From assembly GCF_008831285.2 (NCBI RefSeq), contig NC_045138.2, forward strand, positions 20,398,001 to 20,462,000: a stretch of DNA of 64,000 bases, written 5' to 3'. The notes below the pieces were generated by a model, which saw only the letters and a program-made list of their open reading frames with translations, was not told where the DNA came from and searched no databases. Shown here piece after piece: positions 24,941 through 41,600 of the stretch; within the stretch, counting starts at the first letter, position 1; the number at the start of each line of letters is the position of its first letter. A program made the position numbers and the translations under genes. The stretch is from Nymphaea colorata (Eukaryota).

Positions 24941-26349
24941 GGGCGACGACCGTGGGCATCGCCCAGTTTTCTTGTAGTGAGAGGATCGAGCAAAATGTTT
25001 CGTCCGCAAGAAAATTCGTGCTCTGAAGAGACGCGGTTCTAGACTGAAATCGATGAAGAAGGAACGAGAGAGAAAAAAAATGCTAAACAAGATGAATAGG
25101 ACGGAAACGTGATGGACAAGAAGAGGAAAGTTTATGAAATGGACAGTGGTTTGGGTATGAAGGAAAGAATGGAGAAACGAACAATACTTGAAAATCAGAC
25201 CCTCCGATGACTGCCAAAGGAGGCGAAAGGGGTTCATCTGATGCGAGAGAAGGTTTAAGGCTGCCGATCAGACGATCTTGCAAAGCCCCTCGTCTGCTGC
25301 GAGAGATTCCACATTAGGTTCCTCCGATTCGCAAACCCAGCAAAGGGGTCTCCGAAGCCGGAAAAGCTCGTCGCGTTCCACCGACTCTGCCTCCGCCTGA
25401 ACCTAGGTTCGCCTGCATCCTCTCGCTTCATTCCTTTCCTTGCTCTTACACGACTGCAGGCAGGCATGACTCAAACAACAGGCCCCACGCACGAGAACGA
25501 TCTTCTTGGAGCCAATGCCAAGAGAATCAGAAAGAGAAAGGGGGGAAGGAAGAGCGCACCAGTCAAGAAGATCCGAGGGCGAACCCTCTTTCTTGATTTA
25601 CCCGCGAAGCACTCGAGAGCATAAAACAGCCGTTACAAGTCGGCAGAAAAAGGGAAAGCCAAAATGGAATAGACGGCGATGGCGCTGTCAAATACAAATT
25701 CGTCATCTTTTATGTCACTAATTCCAAATGCAGCATTTTGTGACGCATGCCTTCAAATATTCCTGGTTCCAAAATGCTATACTTCTTCTCATTTAACACC
25801 AAGTTGTGAAGTAAGTTATAATATTAATCCAACCTAGTATACTCGTAAAAATATCATTAGCAGTAGCAGAGGCACGTGGACGCTTGTATGGGCAATTGCC
25901 CACGCATTCACACAAATTATTTATTTCCACATTGATATACCTCAACCATTTGACCATATATCTCATGAAGGGTCCGAGATATTAGATATGCTGATATTAA
26001 GTATGTCATATCATTTTGATTTGTTTTGTAGATGCATGTGGACTCTCATTTGAACTAACTTTTATTTGTTCAATTTGATAGAAGAAAAATATATCACATT
26101 TATTTCATTGATCCATTTAAACCACGAGGTAGTTTTGCAATAGAAACACTTTGTAAGTGTCTTGTGAATCTACTTCAAAAGAGTAGGTTTATGAAACAAT
26201 AGTTCTAATGTGTAATGAACATGTATCAATCATTAAGACAAATTTATGAAACACTCACAAAGTGCCTTTACTTTTTACCATTAGAACAATTATGTGAGGG
26301 TTTTATGAATCTACCTTTAAAACAAGGTATATTAATAAGACACAAGAAC

Positions 26350-26356
26350 TATATAT

Positions 26357-26430
<74 letters not shown>
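26350..26430. repeat. (TA)n microsatellite
   Basis: Directly visible. Confidence 0.95.
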
Positions 26431-26432
<2 letters not shown>

Positions 26433-26505
26433 GTTTTTGTGGATTTCAAATCTAAAATAATCAAACACTTCCTGCAACGTTATATTGTTGTTGAATGCTA
26501 ATATG

Positions 26506-27205
26506 TAAGTTTGGGCATCGGGCCGGGCCACCGCTAGGTACCCGGTACCCGGCCCGCCACGGGCTTGGGCCCGGGCTTTGACAAAAAAGTTTTCGGGCCA
26601 AATTTATCGGGCTCGGCTCGGCCTGGGCTCACTGTGATCGGTGGCGGCCCGATAAGCCCGACATGAGTTTTTTTTTGTTTCTTTCTTTAAAAAGAATGAA
26701 CTTAGAGAATTTGGAACTTTTATGGGTTAGGTTTTCTTTTCCTCTTTTGGTTTCATTAAGAAATTTCATCGCCGCGAGCTCGAGACTACCTCCTACAGTC
26801 TTCTTCATTGGCCGTCGCCCCTTGGCTGCCTCCTCCGGTCCTCCCGTCGGTCGCCGCCATCACACAGCTGCTCTACTTACTTCATCGTCGGTTGCATCGA
26901 GTGCTCCTCCAAAGGACTACTTTCTATTTGTTGGTGTTGTTCTTGTTTTTGTTATTTTATTAAGTGCACATATAGTTTACGTTCGTGCTCATTTTTTGAG
27001 TGAGCTAGAGGCTAGCAAGTAGCAACCCACCTCAAAGCCCGGCCCTTTAATAATCGGGTCGGGCCGGGCCTCAGGCATAAACCGAAGCCCGAGGCCCGAT
27101 ATTACATGGGCCCGGCCCGGCCCGTTTAGAAACAGGTCGGGCCTCGGGCTAGCTCGTTTTGAATGCCGGGCTTTGATTTTTTCATTTTTAACAAGCCCAG
27201 CGTTA
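26506..27205. mobile_element. Non-autonomous hAT element with GGCCC-rich subterminal repeats and a GC-rich interior
   Basis: TIR taagtttgggc / gcccagcgtta; flanks ctaatatg / ctcgtatg (6/8); same terminal family as 27782-28116 and 53229-53477. Confidence 0.7.
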
Positions 27206-27781
27206 CTCGTATGCTCCTAAGCAAGTTTCGGTCCTCCTTTTTTTTTTTTTTTAAAGAAAAAGGAGTTTAATCCTAATTGGTTGGACATATTTTTGTAATT
27301 TGTAAATATCTAAAGCTGGTTACATGCCCATAAATGAAAGAGTTTTATAAAAAATAAAAAGACTAAAAAGTAAAAAAAAATTATAAAATAGCTCAACACC
27401 GTCTCTTTTTACGAATGTCTGACCTTTACAAAGTAGATTAATATTAGTTCTGATTAGCTTCACAGGTGGGAACGGTGGAAAATATTTAATTATTAAGTTG
27501 GCAAAATACGTGCCTGCACGTTAATTCCCAAATGCATTAAAATAACCAACCAAATGAAGACCCTCCACCTCCAAAAATCTCCCCCAATAAATCATCATCC
27601 TTAGTAAAGTTTTCTTCTTCACTTGGATTTGGATCCTTCCCATGGAGGGGATCCAGCTCAGGGATGGTTCAAATATGGAAAGTCTGAAAAAGTGGATTAA
27701 ATACATAATAAATTTGCATAGATAGCCATCTATGAGAAACGAAACTACAAAGCACCTCATTCAACCACACGGGATACTACT

Positions 27782-28116
27782 TAACACTGGGCATCGGGAG
27801 GCCGGTAGGTACCTGGTACCCGGTTTGGCTCGGGCTTGGGCTTGGATCAAGAAAAAAGGGCATTGGATCGACCCAAAATGTTATCAAGCCAGTTTGGGTG
27901 AGCTCGATAACAGTTTTTTTAATATATTTTATTATTTTTATAAATAGTTATAAATACTTTATTATGGTTTTTAATATTTATATATTATTTTACATTAAAA
28001 TATATATTTATAATTTAATGGACCGAGTTTGGGGTGTCAGGCCTAGCTTGGTTTCGGATGTCCGACCGACCCGAGCCCGACTTTTTATGAGTTGGGTCGG
28101 CCGATGCTTATGCTTA
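27782..28116. mobile_element. hAT-type MITE (GGCCC family)
   Basis: TIR taacactgggcatcgg / ccgatgcttatgctta; TSD atactact / gtactact (7/8). Confidence 0.75.
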
Positions 28117-28280
28117 GTACTACTATTCTCCACAGAAATTATAGATAAACTTGGAATCCAATAAGGATTTCTTTTCCTTGTTAGGCGTCCTAACATAGAG
28201 ACTTGCTTCTTGTTCAAGGGTTTAATTTTAATGAGAAAGCTGCAAAAGTTTTTCCATTCCCTTGCGTTTCAAATTATTGA

Positions 28281-28387
28281 CTGACCAATAATAAATTCAA
28301 ATCAGATTTCAGATTCAAACACGAAACTTTTCACTGACCAATAATAAATTCAAATCAGATTTCAGATTCAAACACGAAACTTTTCAT
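28281..28387. repeat. 53-bp tandem duplication
   Basis: ctgaccaataataaattcaaatcagatttcagattcaaacacgaaactttt repeated at 28281 and 28334. Confidence 0.9.
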
Positions 28388-30321
28388 TCATATCCAAATC
28401 CAAATTAGAATCTGAATATTCCAAAAAAAAAAAAGTATATCCGAATATTTACATGAAGAATTGGCATCCAGAAGAAACAACCTATCTTGAGCTGGAATCA
28501 AACTTTCCTTCTCCATTCAAATTTATGACAAGCTTTTCCATCGGCGGAAAGCTGTATTGGAATTCGGAAATGAAATCCAAATCTGCAGATTTCTCGCAAG
28601 AAACAACGCCAGCAATATCGTCGCCCTAATTCCGCCTCAGGTCCGGTTGACGTGACGTTGGCATGAACCGGGTCGATTCGTTTATCCCCACATCAGCCGA
28701 TACTCCAATAAAAAATATAATATTTTCATACAAAGTAATATGACAAAGTATAAATATGATAATAAATTTCATTGCCCGAAGCGATACAAATCAACACGAT
28801 ACCGATATTTACAAACACTGACCCGGCCAAACTTGGTCAATGCCCGTCTCGGACTCACTTCCGATAACATTGACTGCTTTAAAATGAGATTTTCTAGTGT
28901 TGAAGCCAGAAAAAATTATTAGAATAGTGCTCTTTCAAATGTCTTCGGAGCACAAACAACTAGATATTTGAAACGGTAAATGTGAAAATAAAGAAATATT
29001 AAGAAGTTATGTGGTCAATTGCCTACACCAACCTATATGATTATTTTTAACATAATATTTACTGAATAAGCAGATCTATTGTAAACAAATTCAGTTTCTC
29101 TACTAAATCAAATCCGGTTTCAAACTGGCATAAAAAATTCAAAGCTACATTTGAGCCCGATCCTGTGAATGAAAAAAAAAAAAGTTTTAATTAAAATATT
29201 GTAGTTTGGCCCGATAAAACTTGTAAAAATTATGGTGAAGATAGTAAAAATTTTAAAGATTTTAGTATGGCTCATATGAATTATTGACATATCCCTAACC
29301 GGCAACGGGCCCATTACTTCCTTCACTTTCATTGCCTTGACCCAGTCCAATTTGGCGTGCCTGGACCCAGTCCATCCCGCCCTACGGAAGAGTTGGCTCG
29401 GTCCATGATAAACTCGGCTCAAGGCTACAGAAATATAATTTATTTATTTATTTATTAATTGTTGAAGAAAGAGGGCAGAAGGTTCTTAATAAGTGCTAGG
29501 CCTTTTTTTCCTCACCTTTTGCTGAAATTAAAATTTGATTTGCGCCTTTTTCTCGAGGTGCAATTTATGTTTTTAAAAATTGCTAAGAGGTGGTGTGTTT
29601 TACAATCAAGCCGACGTCGTGGGGTTGAAATCTATACTATCGGGCCTCCCTCGTTCCCTCCTTCTGTCCCCCTCCGTCAATGGCGCCACCGTCTTCCCTC
29701 CTACCCGTTGCCGCGTTGCCGCTCTCGCTTTCTATCTAAGCTTCGTGTGCGTTGGAAATGAAATGACAAGCGTAGTCGTTTTCTCCGTCTGTTACTAGTT
29801 CATTCCGTTTAGTCTTTCTGACCTATTCTTTGTTTCTTTCTTTTTCTTTCTTCATCTTTTTTTTTTTCCTGCTCTTTTTTAGTCATCGCCCATTGACTTT
29901 GTTCTGCTGTCTTGATTCTCAATTTACGGAGTGTTTCTTTCTGTTCACAGCTAGGCTATTGGAGTTCCATTTCGATCTCTTTGGGTCTATCTGTTAGATT
30001 TTCATCTCGTGTTCTTCATCGGGAGTCTCACTCTCGACCACCCTTATCTGCGATCCCGTTGTACAATTCTACTTCGGTTTTAACTTGATGGTACCATCTG
30101 GCCGTTGGCATTTGCTATTGTTCTTCATAAATGCAGTTGATTTTGGTGGGAATTAGCACTTTTCTTGGTCAATATCTCGGTCTTAGTATGATGGGAGACG
30201 GATCAAGGAGGAGAACTTTCTTTCGCGATTGTTAGTGCATACTCCTTGGAGAAGAACACGAATCTGTTGTGGGATAGATCTCGGAGAAGGTCTTAGAATT
30301 GGAAACTAAGAGTGCTATTTG

Positions 30322-35444
<5,123 letters not shown>

Positions 35445-37199
35445 CGACTCTTCAGATACATAAGCTTTAAGGGCATATATTTTTTTCATTATTCTTGTCA
35501 TTGGTGATTCATAGTTACATAAAGATGTGCAAGTACGCCTGGCTTATGAGGAAGAATCAACCACAGCTGGTGTTTGCAGACATTGAGAGCTATAAGAGCT
35601 CATCTTGAAAAAGCATTAAAGCGTCGTTGACTATTCAGACAGTGTCATTATTCTTGTTATTGGAGAATCATAATTGGGTGCTGGTGTTCGGAAACCTTCA
35701 AAGGTATAGATGTGACTAACAATAGCTTGTCTGTCATTCATTGTTTAAGAGTTCTGGTGGATTTCAATTGGAACAGCGTTTGATGTACATGCAGTTGCCT
35801 GTTGTATAAAGCCCACCTAAGTCGCAACTGTTCTCTTTATCATTAAAATGCTTACAGGAAGAAAGGTGCTTTGCTTAGCATGACGGAAAGTTGAATGCTG
35901 AAATTTTGATTTGCTTGGCATTTTTTTTGCCAGAATTTTTCATGCGTTTATGCTGTGTGTTTCCATCTCTCCTTTTGTCTTCCTTCCCCTTGGATTATCT
36001 TCAATACCCTTCGGTGTTTGAGGAATTCTCCTTTTACGTAATCAGTAAAAATTTGGATAGCTTCAATCTTTACGCTTATGTTATACAAACTTCTCTTTAT
36101 CGCATGAAAAGTAATTCGGTACGGGTCCCGTCCTCTGCCTACTGTACAACCTTGGAAGAAAACGGCCTATGCGCTTGACTAAACTGAGCGTAGAAAGCTG
36201 TCTACTGCAGCAACGGAAGGTTATGAAATCTAACAAAGATATTTTCTGCCACTTAGCTTTCTGTGAACGACAATGCTACTGGGGCTTTACTTTCTGGTTA
36301 TGTTTGGTCCATGAGGTGAATGGACCTCTATTTGAGAGTCGAACAAAATCTACCACTCACATAATACTTCGTCCAAAAGTGTAAGAATCAGCATAATATT
36401 ATGATTTTCTGATGTCTAAATCATGTTTAGGCCAAAAAGGGCTAATCGTTCATTTTAAAACTCGTGTAGAGCGATCGACATGGTTTATGTTGAATCCTAT
36501 ATTTTTGAAGATGGGCATCGCGTTCATATATTTCGTCCTATGAAATGCTACTTCAGAAAGCATGAGTTTAAGCTGCCGAGTAGAAGGACGGAAGCCAACT
36601 TTTTTCTTTTGAGGAAAATCATAATAGACTTTTTTCTTTTTCTATAGTTATCACGCAGCGCTTTGATAAAGCATTACAAATAGTTACTTCTACATTTTGT
36701 AAGAGGGTCGACATGCATTAACAGTCAAAAAATAGGAATTTAATTTGCAAAGCAATATGAGGCAAGGATACGATGCCAATTATCAACTACTAGACTACTT
36801 CGGAGAAAAGCCAGAAAAATATTTTCCGATAGAAAAATTTAAACTATGATACTTCCAGTAGGATTATGAATCATGTCAATTCTTTAAGATATTGTAATTG
36901 ATCTAATTAAGTCAACCCCTGCTCTTTTATTGCTTTAATTTTTTAATGGCGTGGACATCATAAGGAGGCTTGGTGGTGGGGACTCACCATCACCATAAAG
37001 AAAAAAAAGAAAGGTACTTTCCTTTTTCCCTTTTGCAGTTGGATCTAAGTTGTTTTGCATATCAAATGCACTTGCATGGGCATATTATTGGTTGGTTTCT
37101 CCTTTTAGGAATTTAGTTAGAATACTTAAAACTAAGTAGTTGGAGCATTTGAAATTAGAGATCTGATTTTAATTATCTTTCTTTAGAATGAACGCATTG

Positions 37200-37520
37200 A
37201 GATTTTCTCGCTATCATTGTGCCTTTAAGGAAAAAGTTGCTGTCCACATTAGAAAACATCTGGGCCATCAATATCCAATATTTCTGAAAGAACAAATTTG
37301 GGAGGCCATTTGGCCTGGAAAACTGTCAGAATTTGCTTCTCTTATAGCCCATCTAATCTCTTCACCAGGGATAGGCTTGAGGAGAAAATATTCTCCTCCC
37401 TGGACGCCTTTTTCCCTGACAATCTAAAGAGCAAACATTCTCCTCCAAAAAGCCTCCTTGATGAAGAATCTTTTGCAAAGAACTGCTTAAACTGCCTTGT
37501 GCAGCTACTGTTCAGTTCAT
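37200..37520 (-). mobile_element. Decayed LINE (L1-type) ORF2 fragment
   Basis: Across frameshifts reads LKPIPGEEIRWAIREANSDSFPG.NGLPNLFFQKYW..GPDV, resembling the EEI..A......KAPGPDG...FFQ..W block preceding plant L1 reverse transcriptase. Confidence 0.65.
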
Positions 37521-38671
37521 CCTTTTGTTCCAAGGGCTTCACAATTGGACATTGAACCATTTCGTATGATGGGCTCGTATTTGTGACTTGCCAATACGGT
37601 GTGTATCAGCCTCCTTGCCAGTACGGTGTATGCAGGACACGCCAAGCTCAATCGATCCAATATGCATCTGTACATACAGTCGGCCATTGTATTTCTTTTT
37701 CCAAGTTGAAACACACTTACATGATGTCGTCAAAGATGCACATCCTCTGGTTAGTTGATTGTAGATATTCACCGAGTCACCATAAAGAGGCCGTTTAGCA
37801 TTAGGTACAGCATGTGGGTGTTTAATGAATCTGTTCCAAAGTTGGGTAGACTTCACGTAACACTTGTTCAAGTGTTCCATGAAACACTTGGATCTGTTCC
37901 GACGCACGCACACTAATATGAACTTTTCCTCTTCTCAGCCATTATATTTCAAACTGAGATGGTGCAACTGTACGGATTAGCAGCAGCACTTAGCCTGCTA
38001 ACAGGAGGCCATGCACCCCGTGGGTCGCCTGTAAACCGATCTGCTAATTGGGACGCATAGCTTCCACCAGTGCTGCAAACGGATGAATGAGGAAGAGACC
38101 AAGAGTGGAGACCGCTGGGCTGTCAGCCAAGCCTGTAGGCCGCGTGGCCGGTGCCCCATCCTTATGTGTAGACCTTTACTTCCGGATGCTATCCATCAAA
38201 TCTCTTGGCATGGCATGATACCATACAAAATTTCCATTTCAGACTCTAAACATGAACAACGACTAGAACAGATCCGGGGCTTCGAACTCTATCTCCCATG
38301 ACTAACAGAAAGTATAGTGGACGTCATCTCCAGAGGCACTTACAATGGAATGACGAGAGTGTTTGCCATGAGATTAAGGAAATCACATTCTAAGATTGAG
38401 GAAGAGAATCAAGAACAAGGGGAAGATTGCAGAGAGATCTTGTTATTCTAAAAGTCAGGATGAACACATAATATAACTTCATTTTTCTATGGTAAGGCTG
38501 CAGATGCAACTCCTGTTCAGCGCATGATTTAGACTCCCATTTCCTGGAAGTTTGGCTTCTCAACACGGGTCAGCAGGTCGTCACAATTCCATGTGAACCA
38601 CTTCAAGCATTTGGACTGCTAATGTTGACCTGCCGATGGACCGCGGTAGGAACAGCACCGCTTTTTGAATA

Positions 38672-41600
38672 TTATACAATGTTTAAGCAACAAATCCGCT
38701 GTTTCTTCTCAAAGATTTTCCATCTGAAAGGTGAGTAACGACTCTTGTGAATGCCATTAGTCTTCACATCAACTTCACCAAAAACCTTTCTGGAGTTGTC
38801 TGAGTCTGACTTGTCAGCAGCCTCTTCATCCCAAGGACTTGTTTCTTCTCCTGCAATGCCAACCTTTGGCAACAGCGATGTAGCTGGTTCCGCTTCAAGA
38901 TCCCTATTAGCAACAAAGTAGAACAAAATCAAAGTTGAGTTCTCTCCACTCGAATGCTAAAATCAGCTTTTTCTGCCTTATAACATGCAACAGATTGATA
39001 AGAGATGGAGATAGATATTGACACGTTCATGCCAAATATCTACCATAGTATAACTGATGAACAAATAGCCGATTATCTCATTAGGATAGGCTAAGATGTT
39101 GCATTAGCAATAACTGTAATTAAGAAGTCTGTTTCACAATCTAAACAGCAAAAAATGTCACCTTTCAGAGAATATCTAGAACAATAATTTTTTACTGTAT
39201 CCTCGTTTCTGTTACCGTTAGTTTCACTTGTCTAGAAAAAATTGGGTAGCTAGAAAAGTCTTGTTCAAAGATAATACTACACCTTCACTTTTCTCAGCAT
39301 AAATATTCAGAGAAAATGAGAGAGAGAGAGAGATTTTTCTGATCAGTCTAACTCCAAAGGTATGACCAAGAGAACCTTTTTATTATGAATAACACCCCAA
39401 ATTAAGTGGATGTAATGAAAAACAAAAATTGGTGGAGAGTGAAGATTTTTGCCATACGAAGGTGTATATGGATGTTAGCTTTTGAAAAACTTAATATGCT
39501 TCGTCCTGCATAACTGAATGACTAAAAAATGATCAAACAAACAGCACCACATCATAACCACAGGTGTCACCACAAAAAGAACCGGAAAGCATAGGCAGCT
39601 TCTACTAGTAATATGTCAAAAGAATATATTACATGTAATTTGACCACAAATATATGTCTAAATTGTTTCTTAAATTACATGTGTTGTTTCACATTCATTT
39701 TCCAGGTTGGTAGAACCTGACTGGAAAAACCTGACCTGTTGACCCCCTGCCTACAAGTTGGTAAACTTTGAGAGGTGATAACCAGGGAATTGTGCTTTTT
39801 TAAAAATTGGAAGGTGAATGCAAATTAATTAGATTTTGTTCAGGAAATACAAAAAACATACAAGACTCACCTCATATTCTTAGCAATCATTCCTTCATTA
39901 GCTTCTTCAGTGTGCACCTCTGCTTCTTTCCTTAAAAGGCCATTCGTTCTATCAAAACAAATTTCTCATGAGAACAGTTCAGTTGCTTTCAGAAGCAAAT
40001 TTAATAACCTATGTTAGGCATTCGACCTTGAATTGGATGACACCAACTCATCCAAAACATTATTTGTCTGGATTGGTGATTGAAGAGTAAGGGTATGTTC
40101 GCGGACAAGAGATATTGCAGTATCCAGCATCTCCAAAGCTAGCTTGACTTCGTGACTAACTGTTCCTTTCTCCTGACCACTACTTTCTGACGAGCATGGT
40201 GATCCAAAAGATGATTCTGCCACTTGCGCATCATCTATTTCAATCTCAGAAACATGCATAGGAGATCTAACAACAGCAACTGTTTGTTCATCAGTTATTT
40301 CACTGGAGTGTTCACTTCTAGAATGGTCTGCAGCATCCACTGACTCTCCAAGATTCAGCAGACCATTGCGAAGTTGAACATACAATGGTCCATTCTCCAA
40401 GACTGTGTCAAAATCTTTGTCACCTTTAGCTGCTGAAATGATGGCCTAAACCAGTGATCCATTACATTTATGTCAGAGGAAGACCACGTTTGAAGTTTGC
40501 AAATATGACATACAGCAAAACTCATGGTTAGATTAAGAGCGGATGACAACGATTTTACTATAAAATAATCTCAAACACAAAAGAGGACAAAATAACAAAA
40601 ATTTGAGTACACCTACTGTGTACATTATCTTAGTTAAATCACAAGTGAGAAGCAAAAGGGTAATACCTTTCTCAACAATTAAAAAAGGGATCATCAAAGC
40701 CAAAGTACATTTTAGAATTGATGAATAAAAAGAAAAGAACAGGAAAAAACATTACAGCTCACGAAGTTTCACTGTCAACCATTCTATTTCAAAACTGTAT
40801 GAAGAGATTCAAAGGAATTTTTCAGCAGCCAAAAGAACAGTAATGCATTTGACAAAGAACAACCATGATAAACAATTAAAACAATAAACACAATCTATAC
40901 AAATATTGGTCACTGATGTTCTACCTTTGACAAAGTGTTTTCAGTAAAACTAAATAGCAGGACTATGTTGTTAAAGCTGAAAATTAGCCTTTAAGTACCA
41001 AGATTTGCTTAAATGATTCATGTGTTTGGTTTTGCTGGCAACTAGATGGAACAGACAAATTGTTAATTAGAAGTCCTTGTAGTGTCAGTTTTCTTGGTCG
41101 ATTGCAGTAAACCCTGAGATCCATTTCTTCCAACATAACAAAGATAAGATGCCTATGACTTCTGACTGCTACAGTTGCTCAGAGCTTGAGAACTAAGGAA
41201 CAAAATCTAAAATGCACTAACGCTCCTATCACATGGCAGGTCTGATTGTTGAGGAGACTGCGACAAGTGGGTCAACCTCCTAAATTTTCTATCAGTTGCT
41301 AACGCAGCACTTGGATCACCAGCATCTCTTGATTTTTTTCAATCACCAGGGTCACACCCTGACATCTGAGAACTCAAAAAGCCACATGACCATTCACCAA
41401 CCATATGAACGCAAATTTGGCCATCCAAATTTGAGTCTCCCTTATTTGAGGTGGCATACTGACCAAAATCTTAGAATATCCAAAACATTCCTCAGTGACG
41501 TATCTGGAGCAAACACACTTATTTAAACATAACTTTACATCTATAATAGTGATGATGAACAACAGCAACTGGCAGGTGGATGCTTATATATAAAATTCAA

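Noticed and set aside
26663..27022. 119-aa ORF with hydrophobic segments
   Set aside because: Lies wholly within a TIR-bounded element and has no recognisable domain.
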